From: Phallusia mammillata
Lineage: Eukaryota
Assembly (NCBI GenBank): GCA_965637545.1
Contig: OZ281497.1
Coordinates: 15,686,001-15,750,000 of the forward strand
Direction of reading: 5' to 3'
DNA: 64,000 bases
Made by a program: the position numbers and the translations under genes. Below, piece after piece: positions 1 to 45,397 of this stretch (position 1 is its first letter; the number at the start of each line of letters is the position of its first letter). The notes beneath the pieces are model-generated. The model was not told the origin of the DNA. It was given only the letters and a program-made list of their open reading frames with translations, and ran no database searches.

Positions 1-2421
1 ATTGATGCCAAACTGTCACAATGATTAAACTCATACGACCGTAAGGCAATGCAACAAATTGCTTTTGCGTATTACGTCCAACCGTAAATGGGAATCGGCA
101 CTGCTGGTGCGCAAGTAAAATATTCCAACCGAACGTCACAAACACGGATAGTTAACGACCCTTCTGACTCCAGAATCGGGCCATTTGAGTTTATGTTTTC
201 GGCGTATAATGTATGCTGCTTTAGCCGCGTGTAGCGGTAAAGAATCCGAAAGCTCATTTGCCCGCAACAAACAAGTACAGTTGAATCACCGAATTTATTT
301 TGTGTTTTTGTCTTTAATCGCAACACGATTCTGAGAACGAAAAAGAAGAAGTCGTATGTTTCGTACCTTCACCATCATGATGCAGTCATCATGCAGGTGC
401 AAATCCTATAACATTACCACAAAACAACAGCTATTCATCGGTGGATAACCGCTTTTAATGTGAAAATTGAAATAAATTATGGCTTTGATCAATCAAAATA
501 AAGTAGCTTCAGAAAAGAAAATTTGTTGTGGTTAGTATACAGCTGCACAGTTTTTTCTCAACCTGAAAAAAAACGGCTCCGTAAAAAATCACCTGTTTAT
601 TCTTGGGAAACGTGACCAATGACGGCACTGTGCATAACATTAAAAACGACTTTTCATGTCTTTGCAAAGCCCGTAACATTTACTTGGTAAGTGCAAATAA
701 ATTCGCCCCGAAATAGTCGTTATTCATCTTGCATGCCAAGTTGGATATCACAAGATCATTTTATATTCAGTCCCAAAATATCATGTCTGCTTGACCTTGC
801 ACGTTATTGAACAGTGGAATTTGACCGTGCCTTTAACTACCAAAGCCTGGCAGAGGAAATCCAAAAAGCCGGCGCCAGCATTACCCTCTATTTCTTTCAT
901 CGTTTTTTTTTTTTTTTTTCAATAAAGATTTGTATCTTATCTTAATATAATTTGTGCTTTGTCATATCTGTTGTGAATTTGACGTGTTCTTGTTGACTCA
1001 TAGTTTTATTTTAAGTTTAGGCAAAATCATTACCGGTGTGCTCTTTCCGATTTCCAACGCTTGTCACGTGCCGAGTGACGTAAACCAATGACACCTGAAG
1101 CGCGAATTTTCATGTTTCTGAATCTACATGTTGTCGAGACATGTAAAAAAACGTTTAATCGCATTTCGGTGTCACTCTTTGGCCGCAGATGTTGCGAGAA
1201 TTGCTGTGACCTGTCGTTTTGTAAATCACTATTCCCGTGGATTACCTTCGAAACAACAAAGTACTGTGACCATATTTGGAAAACAACTGTCGTCAGGTTG
1301 TAGGTCAATTCTGCCGACTTAGTATTTTCGAGTTGGTAAATGGGAAACAAATCATAATTCCAAAAAACTATAAAACGTTTGGAGCCAGTCTAGAAACATA
1401 TTACCTTACAAGGCAAGGCCAAAAAACGAATGACTATTTTATTGCTTTGTTGTTTAAAAAGTTCAAACATAAATAACAATGCAGAGAAAGAAAAGTGTCT
1501 GTCGTTTTTGTTCCCCTGGATGTCTAGCAAGGGGATCTAGTTTTTTTAAAATAATTAATATATCATGTTACCAAAATTATTCATGTTTTCGACCACAACG
1601 AGTCTGTCGACGAGATCCTTTGGCAAATCTTGTAGCAAGATCAAAGTCGTTATAAAAATCAAAGTTGTTTATCAAGGCCGACTAGTTGTTGACTTTTGTA
1701 GCCCAATCCACAAGTCCGTGAATTCCCCTTTTCTAAAGTGTGCAGTCAGCAAAAGTTATGTGACCTCCTAGAATACTGACTTCAACAATATAATTAGTTT
1801 CACAGAAAAACGAAAATAAGATAGGATTTTTGTCACGGCCGAAATTCCCAACTATTTGTGGATGTCAACAAAGACTCAAGCACGGACACTTGTCACAGGA
1901 CGGCCACTTTGCGTGACGATGATTCCAAAGTCTTTCATCCATCCGATACATTAACTCTCGCTCGGGGTTTAATGAGGCATCATTCAGATTAAAAGTTCTC
2001 ATCAAATGTCCCGTTCATTGGATTTGGTCTCAACGTTCGTGAGAATGCGTGTAGGTGGGACACGTGTTTTAAGCACCGTATTTTTCAACAAACTTATGGA
2101 GAACGAAAACATATCGAGGTAGGCTTCTGTGTCATATTTGTTCCTTTTATAGGAACCAAAAAACAAAAAAAATAGATTTTCATAATAAGTGTCACAGTGT
2201 TACCTTACAGTTGAAGAAAATGAAACCTCGGTTAATGCGGATCTTCGCCTATTTTGGAAAAAAAATTAGTCCAAACGGGTCCGGATTAATCGAGGTTTAC
2301 TGTACTTGTTACGCGGACGGGAAAAGTAACAAATCTCCCAAAAAAATGATTCCGTGAAAGAATAGACTGAATCTATAACACAAGAGCTAACAGTATTAAG
2401 TCGGGGTTTTGTTTCCTAAAC

Positions 2422-2949
2422 CAGTGCTCTTCAACCTTTTTAGTGACACGGAACCCCCAAGGTGTTTTGTCAAACTTTGCGGAACCCCCCATAGAATCAT
2501 TTTGAATGAATGTAACTCAAGTAGGCTGAATCAAAGCAACATACATTTTTACGTAACACACCCCAAGCACATAACAAATGTTGACTTCAATTAAATTAAA
2601 CGATTTACTGAAACGCATTGTCATGTTATTTAGATTGGTCGTTTGTACATTTATCTCAGAATTCAAAGAGAGATTATCAAGACTTTGATTATTACGTCAC
2701 AATTGATCAATGGTGTAATCAAGGTTAACTAGATTGTACAGCCCTTTCAGGGTTCCGCGAAGCAAATCTAGTTAACCAAGGTTAACTAGATTGCATTGCT
2801 GTTCGCAACAATGATATTATGAATCATTTATGTTTGAATTGCTACACATAAGCTCTGCGAACCCCTGTGCGACCCTTACAGTTCGCGGAACCCCTGAAAG
2901 GGCTGTACGGAACCCCAGGGTTCCGCGGAACCCCGGTTGGGAACCACTG
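2422..2949. mobile_element. Non-autonomous hAT-type MITE
   Basis: TIRs CAGTGCTCTTCAACC ... GGTTGGGAACCACTG; 8-bp flanks TCCTAAAC/TCTTAAAC (7/8 TSD); repeated subterminal GGAACCCC motifs; no ORF. Confidence 0.85.
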
Positions 2950-4748
2950 TCTTAAACGAATGCATATATTTGCATTGTTCCAAACTCGTCATACACCAAA
3001 CTCATAAAACCCTCAGATAATAATCTCAAAATCTTTTGAGGTTTCGGACGGGATACATGCTTAATCATACGTGATTTTAATTGCTAGAGCACGTAGTTTC
3101 ATCGCAGAATCATTCTCACACCATGAGGAATAGCACGTGCTGTCAGCTTCGTTGCGCGCAGTGTTAACACGATTACACTGCCCGTGGCCGCAGAAAAACA
3201 AGTCGTCGACATCTCGTTGGTGAAGTTGACGGCGACTTGTGGTTTAGTAATAAGTGAAAAATTCCGAGAAGAGAAAACGATTAACTAGAACACGAGCGAA
3301 AGACAAATCACCTCCATGAGAAGTTGTCGCCCTCTCAAACACACCCTGCTCACTATGTCATCGTTGCCATTGTCAACACCCGAGACAAAGCAAACTGGAG
3401 AGCGAATACTTGAGGTGAACGCCGGTGTGCGGGACTTCAAAGCAATCACATTTGCAACTCACGACGCGAAATACGTCATTTTTCTGTCGGAAATGGATAT
3501 GAGATAAAAATAAGTAAAGGTACGAAGTTGATTTTTCCAGGAAATGAGAAAGTGACATATAACCAGGAGGTTGGTTCAAGTTTATAACTATCAGAAACAT
3601 CTAATGACTGCTGATTTTCAAATTTAAATGCCAACAAAATGATAAACTAACGTGTCGAAGGTCAACTTTTTGTCTCTACTTGTGGAAAGCTTTTTCATTG
3701 TACTGAGTTGCTGAATGACATTTAAAGATCGAGAAAAGATGTAGTGTGTGAGATTGTACACGCTCAAGACCGTTTGCCAAAACATGCAAGCTAAGACAAT
3801 ACGTGATGAGTAAAAACTGATCGGAAAACACGAATTCGATGCAACCTGTCCAGTGCGGCTGCAAGTTTTGGCATATTTTCAAATTAATTCAGTGCATGAT
3901 AGTTCGAATCTAAATACTTCAATGCAAATGGTAAAAAAAAGTTTCGATTTGAAATCATCTAATAAAGTCTGCTGCCAGGTGGGCGGATTTAGTATAAATT
4001 CATGTTAAGTGCTTCATCGGAGTTTGGCGTGACTTGACTCTCTTGTAAAAATCTGTGGCAAAATCTTCACCAAAACATACCATTGTTTAAATTTATCCTT
4101 TGATCACTAATAGAAATGTGTTTGTAATGATACTTAGTATTGAGCATCAAACTGCATGAATTGAATGAATTTCATTTGCCCTCGGTCAAGATTGTTGGAA
4201 GCTCGTTAAATTCCGATGCAATCTGCAGCTCGGCCAAGTGACCAGGACAATCAATGCAGAAGCAATTCGATCTCGTTAGATAAGCGTCAACGTGTAAAGT
4301 TTAGTAACTATATCTGCCCTGCCCGTCAAGTGACATTTCACTATCTTAAAACGCATGTGATCGATCTGGTGTCCAAATATATTTAATGCATGACGGACTT
4401 GAAGGCGCATGTCGTCGTGACCATCTTTCGTTTCGCGTTGACAGCTTTCTGTTATATAACATTTATATTGTATTGTATAATGTATTAATTATAGCTAAAT
4501 TCATATTAATTATAGCTAAATTTAACGAGTAAAGACGCATTCCACGGCCATGGCTGTAAAAAACAAATGGTCTCTTATTGGACGTTAAAAAACAGGCAGC
4601 GCATTTAAGGCAGGGACAAGAAAAACAGTTGCGATGGCAACCTGAGTAGGCAGGAGTTCAAGTCGACTACAATAGTTTCAACAAACTTTAAGGGTAAAGG
4701 TACAACAAAAGAAGTAAAATCGGGCGAAAATGGCGTGTTCTTTAGCAA

Positions 4749-6106
4749 TTAGGTGGATGCAGAATAGGGGGGAATATCCATTGGAGTTTTTCGAATTTCC
4801 GGCTTGACGTAGGCCGTACGGGATGTGGTAATAAACGACTTGTATCGTTCTTTGTCCAAGTCGTGGTCGAGTTCGGGCTGATGGCCTGGGAAGGCGGTTG
4901 GCTCTTTGCCTACAAAATGATTAGGAAACGATTTGCCGGCGATCACATGCTGAATCGTGCAATTACAGCAGACGTAATATAACTCGGGCCAAAACTAGGA
5001 CAAACTTTCGCCCCATACCTGCCAGTCGTTTCAGCTGCATGATTTTCGCTGTCGTGTTCCCACTTTGTAAATGTGAGCTTGGTTTGTAATCGTTTGATGA
5101 TGTGGTTTCGAAGTAATGATCATACTGAAAAAACACACTGATTTATTGTCGTTAAATACATTGGTTTCAACTTACAAAAGCAGCGTTTTAATCATCTTAC
5201 TCTACTATTTTTAGGATTTGTTGGCGACCGTACTGACAATTTAAAAACAAATTATATGAATAAATCATGCCATATCTATGCCTTGTGCAAAAGTCGTCAA
5301 AAACGTTTGCTTTCAAGCAGTGCAAAATTTGCCATCGCCCATTTATAAAACTTGAAATCGAATATGTGAAAAAAGTATTTACTTGGGTGAGTGATGAACT
5401 AACTGTAGGGCAACAAAGCAAACATGACTGGGCTGCTGACAATGGGCTACTGTTACGCAGAGCTATTGTTTTACCAGTTAAAGCGCTGCTACTGTCGAAG
5501 TTACACTTAACGCACTTGAGAGGGCAGCGACTTTTGTTCCAAGGTTTTGTGAATTCCGTATCTCTGTTCATTCCAATTGCCAATCAAGGTACCATTGCTG
5601 TAGCTGCTTTCCTTTGTGGTGCATCTCCATCCAAACTGTGTAAATTTTTCTTGGTCATGTGTGTGGGTCCAAACCTCACCCAGACCTAATTAAATGGTGA
5701 ACAGTAAGTGCTGTGACTTTTATACCACTTGACGTTACAGGATATAAAAAGGTGATAAAACCTAAACACGATACCCGGTAAAAATCATTACTCTTAAACT
5801 GTCTCTGAACTGCGAGTGCTAAGGATGTTTGGCGCCTAAAAAGTAGCCACCGAAGGTTTTGAGCTCATAAGCCTACTTTAGGTGGCAGCTTAAATATAAG
5901 CCTATCACTAGTAAATGTCCGCAAAATCTTCAAATAACGATGTAAATCCACTTCTTACGTAATTTACAAACTGATTCAACTTTCAAATTGATACCACACA
6001 GGACTGATGGGTATTTTTACGCTATGGGAAATTGTTCATTGAACTTACCTGACGCCCGTACACCGTATCGAAACGATGGATTTGTGCTTGTCTCGTGCAG
6101 AGCCAT
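4749..6106 (-). CDS. CFAP68: Cilia- and flagella-associated protein 68 (C11orf1/UPF0686 family), ~164 aa, 4 coding exons
   Basis: Exons 6106-6049, 5685-5516, 5124-5019, 4909-4749, all GT-AG and phase-compatible. Translation contains GLGEVW...QFGWRCTTKESSYSNGTLIGNWNEQRY...LPSQYDHYFETT...KEPTAFPGHQPELD, matching human CFAP68 motifs as recalled (GEVW, GWRCTT, GNWNQERY, HYFETT, FPGHQPELD). Confidence 0.92.
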
Positions 6107-6206
6107 ATCAAAACAATGTGTTGGTAATTTATTATTTTACTGATGGGCACAACATAACCTGTCCACTACCGAAACTCAAGTTCTTTCCGCTCAGCTAGCT
6201 GTGGTC

Positions 6207-6220
6207 GTTACTATAGCAAT
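6207..6220. promoter_or_regulatory. Candidate RFX X-box upstream of CFAP68
   Basis: GTTACTATAGCAAT, one mismatch from GTYNCYATRGNAAC, ~100 bp 5' of the CFAP68 ATG; a YY1-like GCGCCATCTT lies next to it at 6228-6237. Confidence 0.5.
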
Positions 6221-6750
6221 AGTAAGTGCGCCATCTTGTGTTAGAATGCATAATTTTAATTATTCGGGGTACAAAATTTAAATAATTTGGCAACAAACAC
6301 GAAAGTTCATGAATGCTGTTTTAATCACGTCAAGAACCCAATCCATCTAGTTACACACAAGTTCACACAACCAAAGCATTCTACGAAATAGTCTGCACAT
6401 TCTCACTTTACTAGTATAAAGGCACCAACCACAAACGCATTTTATACACCTCGAAACCTAATACATGTATGTGTGTTGGTTACAATAATGATGAAACCAC
6501 TTATTCAAGTGAGGTTAGAAGAGTACTATCAATTCGCGAAAAAGTATAGCCTACAGTGGCTTAACACAAATATGAATTGCAAATGTGACAATACGATTGT
6601 GAAAGTAAACTTAAAGGGAAGTTATCTTACACATCATTAACAATTTTAAATTCGAAACTTTTGAGGAATAGTGTGTACATAACATTAGAATGAAAATTTG
6701 GTAAATGTGATACGCAGACACAAGATCTGCAATTATAGGCGCCAACATAT

Positions 6751-30193
<23,443 letters not shown>

Positions 30194-30965
30194 TATACTT
30201 TCATCCGCTGTTTTTGTTTTAAAGTTTTCCAAATCAATGGAATTAACCTAGTTGAAAATCTGGAAAACACAATAATCTCCTGTCCATACACGTGCTAAAG
30301 GCACACAATAAAAAAATAAAAAAAAGAGCAACAATGTGTTTCGTGTTTCGTCTTTATCCCTACCACTGCCGTTTGCAGAGTGCTTCACAATCGTGTGTTT
30401 CCTTCCTCTCCAGTTTGACGTCAGATATGAATATCAGATGTTTCTCGCATGATTGGTCAAGCGTACAGGTTACCACAGTGATATTCATTTAATCAAGACG
30501 GCGTTTGAAAAGCTGTTTCAGGGTTTACAAAATGTATTGACAAAGGTAGAGTTCAGATATTTATATGTAAACACAGTTTTAACCAGCGTATTGTATGTAG
30601 TTCTAACTTGGCTTTCAATGTAAAACTTGACTGGGCAGAGTGTTGCTATCGCAAATGTATAAAACTGCAGCAAGAATTTAAAAAAAATGAGGTTTTCATG
30701 TAACATTCATTAGTTTCAGGACGTTTTACCTGTTTGATTTGCAATTAATTATGTTTTTTTGCTGTGGAATGTTCTATAAAGTTTTGCAAATGAGTAGGCT
30801 GTATGTCAGTTTTATCACTTTTTTTCACAAGTAAATTTAAAATGTAGAGTAGGTTACTCTTTAAATTACAATAATATACAACTATAGTTTAGAAGTTGTT
30901 TTGTGTCCACTAGAGTAAACTTTTTGACAATGTAATCAGTGTTTTTAGTGGTTTGAACAGTAAAC
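30194..30965. promoter_or_regulatory. Divergent (bidirectional) promoter/5' UTR region of DPYD and CIMAP2
   Basis: The ATGs at 30193 (-) and 30966 (+) point apart and are 772 bp apart. Acceptor-like TGTGTTTTCCAG (- strand, ending 30260) and TTTGAACAG (ending 30960) precede the two starts. Confidence 0.7.
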
Positions 30966-33688
30966 ATGGCAACTAAGCTATTCCAGGGTGCACCATTTGG
31001 TACACAAACTGCAAGGTAAATTGGTTTAGTAATGTTTTGCAATTTGGGGTAAATATTTCAAACTGTTTTTCTCACAACTTTTAAGATTTGATGTATCTGG
31101 TGTTCATCCCCAAAGTAAAGTCCCTGGAACTTTTACTCAAGTGCCTTACTGCAAAAAGTCAACTGATGACCTCCAAAGAAAGTAAAAATTGTTTTAGTGC
31201 AACTTAATAGCATGAACAGTGTTTTCTTTAATCTGTTCTGTGTTTCTGTATACAATTTTGAATACAATGACTTAAATTAGGATTCTTGATGTAATAAATG
31301 ATAACTGTAGAGTTAAATGCAGACAATATCCAACAATACAATTAACTATCCCACTTTTCATGTGAAACTTGAAATCTAAGCAGGCTTGTTATACCTTTAG
31401 ATTAGCACCTGGAACTTACCATGTGGATGTTGGGGGGTTTAATGAAGAATCTGTTTCTGAGAGATCATCTGGACCAGGCTGGCAGCAAGCATATGAAACT
31501 ATGCGAATGGCAAGAATACCACATTTGCTGTATCGGTATGAAGCATTCACTTTTCAAAGTTTTGTACCGTAACTGGAATCACTGTCAACAATGCATCAGT
31601 GATATAAAGGCATGTTTATTTTGTTTAGGGAACAATGGATGAAAAAGAAAGAGCAAAAGCGCAAGTTGGGCCCTGGTACATATAATGTCAATAAACTGGA
31701 CTTTATTGAATCGTTGGAAAAAAAGCCATCCAGTACTCGTGGAATTTGTGCAACTAGGGAACAAAGATTCCGCAAGAAATTTTCGGTAAGAAAAGTGTAC
31801 GTTAAGTTTATAGAGTGTTCAGTGTTATTTACCCTGATAATGACGACGTGTATAGGACGTCGAAATGTCAGAATAAAATTAGATTTGCCTGAAGAGCTCT
31901 ATAAACTTAATATTGTGCCTGGCAACAATAGCTGATATAAATGTGTATGTTGTTTGTTATAATGTGTTTAAACATAATTTTTTTAGAGTGCCACTCCTGG
32001 ACCTGGCACTTATGGCAAGGGTGGAGAACCATCTGCATTACTTGAAGAAAGGCAGGCTAAGTCAGCAAGCATTGTAGGAATGTTAGATGCTGGTAAAACA
32101 AATGACCAGTAAACTGTGTTGTTGTTCAGACTACAGTAGTTATGTTGTTTTCTAGGTTCATCTACACAAAGGGCACTGCCAACAGTTGGTTGCGAACTGG
32201 CACCTGGAAGGTATGAAAAAGAAAGCTTCACTGAACAAATTCTTAACAAAGTAGTCAGCAAACGAGGACCATATGATCTGTTTACTGGTGAAAGAAACAA
32301 GCCAAATAAAACTGGACATTATGCTGTTGTGGTGAGTATTCGTTTTTTCTTGCTGCGAAATTTGTACTAAATGTTTGTCACACACAGACTGCCAGTGATC
32401 TTGGACCTGGTGAATATAATTTATCTTCATTTTTGGATGTGTGGGAAAACGAACATAGAAGGAAGCAGGGCCAGTTTGGAAAGGTATCAAACAAATTTTG
32501 TCTTTTTACATGGTGAAATCAACAAACCAAATACCTTGATTGAATTATATATTGTTCACATGTAATTATTTTATCATAACCCACTAATATTATGCATTTC
32601 CGCTGGTGTGCTCACAATATTTCGTTCAATGCTCTGATGGAGCCCTTTCGTTCTGGTGGGCGAAATGTCTACAAAAATACACGTTCTTGAAAAACAACTA
32701 GTATTTGGTTCAGCATCACACCAGTTGAATGACAAATTTATAAAATAACTTTGTTATCCCAAAACATTGACCGCTTTTGCAGGTTCAACAATACCCTGAC
32801 CAACCGCCAGAGCGTGTTTACTGTTGCACATTATCCCAATGTCCACGACGTCCTAACAGTCCTGCCCCAAACAGTTACTCAACCGACAGAAAGTCTGATA
32901 AAATACGAGATCTTCCAGCTTTTCTTTCGTCAGCAGAAAGATCTGATAAACGGGCACACAAGTTCTTCACAGGAAACACGGTAGGTGGAAAATTCTGGTT
33001 TTCTGTTTCCTATCAATCGTGTTGCTTGTAACCTTACTGTTGTGGTTCAGTCTGGAGGTTTGTTGAACGTTTAAACTGTTATTCGCACCTGACCGTGTCT
33101 TGTTACCTTACTGTGTTATTAGTTTGCTTTAGGAAAGTCTGTTGGATTAGTTTTGTGTTTCAGTACGAAAATGTACACGTATTGGGTGTGATTTTGTCAC
33201 GTTTAATATAAAACGCTTTGTAGATATAAAATCACTGACTTGAAATGTAATAGACTTCGGCTGTTTAACAAAAAAGGTGGTATTTCTTGATAATAATTCG
33301 GCGTGTCATTGGCAGAATCCAGTGGGTGCCGGTCGATACAACGTCCAGCGATGGTCAGAGGCCCAACATCGCTATGGAAGTTGTCACGTGTTTAACTCCA
33401 GTCAGCCCAGATTTTATTCAAGGGAACGAGATTTTTACATGAAGTAAATTTTATTTCTTTTTATTAGTGCATCGTAGAGGTTGTGTAATTTATAAAATAC
33501 GCAGAATCTTTTGATCATTATGATTTTGCCTATCGCCGTTGCTTGCTTCGGTTCGTTGACGGGTTGCACTATTTTGCAGGGAACGGGTCCGTGCTAAGGA
33601 CGTGCCATTGTCTGAGCGGGTTTTTCTGGTCGGTTCTGCCAGATCACGTAAGCACAGGGCCACCAACGGAGCACCAGCATCTGCCTGA
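30966..33688 (+). CDS. CIMAP2: Ciliary microtubule-associated protein 2 / lymphocyte expansion molecule (C1orf177), ~416 aa, 10 coding exons
   Basis: Exons 30966-31015, 31086-31181, 31401-31535, 31629-31785, 31987-32092, 32156-32331, 32388-32483, 32783-32980, 33316-33443, 33580-33688. Motifs: FQGAPFGTQTARFDVSGVHP, repeated (L/P)GPGTY (SHIPPO-like), KPSSTRG, KRGPYDLFTGER, PPERVYCCTLSQCPR and NPVGAGRY, matching human LEXM as recalled. Confidence 0.92.
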
Positions 33689-34973
33689 AGTTACTGCCAG
33701 TATAGAGGCATCCATACATGTATTGTTTAAAAAGCCATTTCACGCAAAAATGTATTTATAAATTGTGACCATCACTGTCTGCTTCCCATTGAGATTATTC
33801 CCCTCGTAGTTCAATTTGTTATCCACTGTGTTGTGTAAATTCGCAACTCGCAACTTTTTTGATGTTTTCGTTGAGCCATCGTTGTTACTGAAGCCTGCGC
33901 TGCTTGGACGAATGTTACTGTTACGCCCCCCATTTACTTTGATAACTTATATGCGTATGAATGTGATTGCGATTGTATGCAATTTTTGCCTCTGCTTCGT
34001 TCTGTCGAAACAGATCGACAAAACGCTCACTGTTTGCCAATCGGAAGCACTCGAAAATATTAATCGCTTGAAAGTTGTTGGTGGTATTTGTGTTTGTTAG
34101 CTAGCATCGAGTGGTTCTGAACTATTTGGGCCTCCAAAAAAAAGCGACTATTGTGCGCTTTATTGCTCAATTACACTTAGGTGCCGTATGCCAGTACAGG
34201 TTAAGGAGCAGGGTCTTGTTTTGGAACACTGGTTTCCAACGGGTAAGCGAACCCCGAAATGGGATGGTGATGAGAGCCCGCTTCTAAGAGGGGTTATTTA
34301 CACACCCTGACAAATTTCTGAAACTACAAAGGGTTTGGAACCGCTTTTTAGGAATATTATCCGAACTTTATTTTTACACACTGATATTCAACTTGTAAAT
34401 TAAACCAGACACATTTGTGGTTTTTAGATAATTTTATTTGAAAGAAACTTTCAACGCAAGAATGGTGTGATCTGCCTTCAAATGCAAGTCCTTGACTGCA
34501 CTATACACGGTCTGTAATATTTGGTGCAAACCCAAACAAGGCAGCCAAAGGCTTGCATTTGAAGGCAGATAAACTGGGTAAGGTTAAAATAACCTTTCCA
34601 AAGTCTATTGCACTCGGCAAATGCAAAGCCTTCGACTGCTAAATTCAATGATCTCACAGTGGCGTGTCTAATTTTGCTAAAAACCAGTATAGTGCAGTCA
34701 AGTGTCCCCAAAATAGGGTAAATATGTCAGTGTTGTTAATACATACAAAGTGATAAAAAATATTGGGTTACACTAATCAGTTTTTCACTGCAAAACAAAA
34801 CGTTTTCAATGGGGCGATTTTTTTCACACTATTAAACAGACAAATGCGTGTACATTATTGTCTACTATCACACGTGGCAAAAAAACGAAATTCGGCATGA
34901 AACGAAGTGTGCGGTGCTGTACATATAATGGAACAAACGTGATGTGATAGAGGCGTATATGTGCCACTCCAAT

Positions 34974-43097
<8,124 letters not shown>

Positions 43098-45397
43098 TGT
43101 GCTAATATTTGTTTATCAAGCTGCAAAAAAAATTACCTATACATGCATGTAGTTTGATAAAATAGGTTATTTGTCAGTTTGATATAATAATAGTAAACAG
43201 AGCCAAAATAGTTGTCAAAAGTGTAAGTTGAATTCAGATACTGAATTTTGACAGACAAAAAAACTTGATCATAACATGGTACATTTGCTTTTCTGTCCAA
43301 ATAAACGTGCTCGAGGAAAAAAATCCGAAACTATTTATGTCAAGCGGCAAGTTGTAGAGCAGACGACTAAAAGGTACGAAGTAATTAAAAAGGATGCGCG
43401 GTAAATAAAATTGATTAATTAAATATATAATGCCGAACTTCAAACCTTTATGCAGACGATTTGATTAGCGCCGCCAGCAGTCCTCAAGCACGTGAAAAAG
43501 AAAGAACACGCTTTTTCCGGAACAAAAGTGCAACAGCGCAACGAGTGGTGAAAAATATAATAAGTGCGTCATCAAAACAGAGTTTTTTTGTCCATAATAG
43601 GCCTACCATACGTCTTCTTTTTGGAGGGCATGTCCTACTTTTTAACGAAAAGTAAATTGTCCTCCAGGGACAATAAAAAATGCCCAAATGTCCTCCTCTT
43701 TGAATTTTCTGTATTTGCTAAATGTCTAAATAACACTTGTGACTTCAAAAGCGACCAATAGTGTGAGTTGTGGTCATTGTTAATTGAAATTAACAATTTA
43801 TAGTAAGTTAAAACTTCATCCAAATTGGACTATAATAATTGATTGCGTAAAATTCTTGTGCTTTCCTTTTTTTTGGCTCAAAAGTAAGTGTTAATATTGT
43901 AACTTGTAACCTGAAAATTGAAAACTCTACATAGTCTTACAATCTGGGGGTGCCTTATTTTGACTGGCCAAAACGATAACTCTGGCAACAGTGGTGAAAT
44001 GTGAATTTATTATTTTTATACCAGTAACGGTCAAATTGTCCCCCAAAACAAGTAGGCCTAGGTCTAAACTACTAGCACCAAATCTGCCCAGACAAAGCTC
44101 ACATCAGATTTTGATTTTTTGTGTGTGTATGTTTTACGAAACATTCTTTACATTTGGCTTGGTTAACTTGCTTGTGGAGTGATGCTGGGAGAAAATATAA
44201 ATGCCACAAAGTCTTTACCAAAACGACAAAAAACGCGATGAAGATTACCATCGCAAGACATAACCAACAGCTACTACACCTTAGTTCTGTTGTCTATTGC
44301 GACATCTTCTTGCACACAAAACCTTTGACCAAAAAGGCAGGTTTACCAAACTATAACACAATTCTTATGCAATGAAAAACTTTTTCTGAACATTAGGTAT
44401 GACACCCAGTACAGTTCTGCTTGCAATACATTCACCGAAAGACGATTCTCATTGCATGTCCGTGCTTGAGTAGCCCATATTACGATCTCCTTTGTGTGAA
44501 CATTAAATTATTTCACTAACCGCATCTCCTCGCACAGCTGGAAGTGGGACTCCGGGCCATTATTTCGTGTGTCGAAATATAAACTTATTGTTTTTCTTTT
44601 GCAATGACATACAATGTCATGTCAGAAGTCTTGGTCAAGTGTTGAAACCTGTCTTGCACAAAACAGCCCGAGAAAACGCCTCGCTGGCTGATAAACGATC
44701 AAAATAGCCAGGAATGACAGTCGCAGTCTGTTGCGGAACGAAGGTATACAAAACGGGGAAGAGTAATGTAAAGACACCAATGGTGTTTTAATCTATTGGC
44801 TAACTTACTATTTAAGCCATTCTTGACTGTAAAAGTAGAAGTAGAAAGGATGTTCGGGCTTGACGACTGGCCCCGGAGAAAAAAAAATGCTACAGGTTCT
44901 GCCAGGCGAAGATTTCGGTTTGACCCCAACCTGTCGAGGTGGTTTCGATACGCTACTTTCTGTTCAATTTAGAATGGCAAATAAGTCTACTATCTTCAAT
45001 AAACCGGACAGAAAAACACTAGTTTCGTCACGTACAAAACCATGTGGACCTCTGGTCGATTTTAAATTTTCATGTAAACCAAGTGGCTTAAAACAATTTT
45101 TTTTAGCTTTGCAGGACAAACACTTAAATTTACATGGAAACACCGCTTGTACTGTGAAGAACAATTACAAAAAAAACACAACCAAAAAGAATGGTAAAGA
45201 ACAATGCCATGTACAATTTTCCACAATTTTCGCTTTTTGATTTGGTCCTGTGGGACGAGGCACTGTAGCAAATAGCGCTGGTAAAAAAGCAATGTTAGCT
45301 GTCAACATGGGCATTGGACCTCGCCACACGTCTGGAAACCCCCGTTCCATTGTGACAATAGCCCTTTTTGAGACACCACGACGTTTCTGCATATCTT

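Noticed and set aside
72-378. 84-aa minus-strand ORF and a possible tiny first exon (ATG ATG GTG AAG|GTACG at 378-367) with E-box/CRE/CCAAT-like motifs near 610-1095
   Set aside because: No recognisable protein motif and no second exon within the window; it may belong to a gene leaving the left edge but cannot be supported.
1000-4400. Several 60-106 aa ORFs on both strands
   Set aside because: No homology I recognise, no coherent splice chain, and they overlap in incompatible frames.
6107-6750. DPYD-CFAP68 as a tunicate-style operon
   Set aside because: No clear acceptor before the CFAP68 ATG, and an X-box/YY1-like pair suggests its own promoter.
33745-33945. Open minus-strand frame (VNGGRNSNIRPSSAGFSNNDG...) as an alternative phase-1 last exon of vasa
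   Set aside because: Weak acceptor (no pyrimidine tract), no acidic-Trp Vasa terminus, and a canonical last exon already exists at 35041-34974.
43122-45397. PAIP1-vasa operon, and the 75-aa ORF starting just after the PAIP1 stop (45392-45165)
   Set aside because: The 2.3-kb gap is long for a gapless ascidian-type operon; the ORF has no recognisable motif and is most simply 3' UTR.
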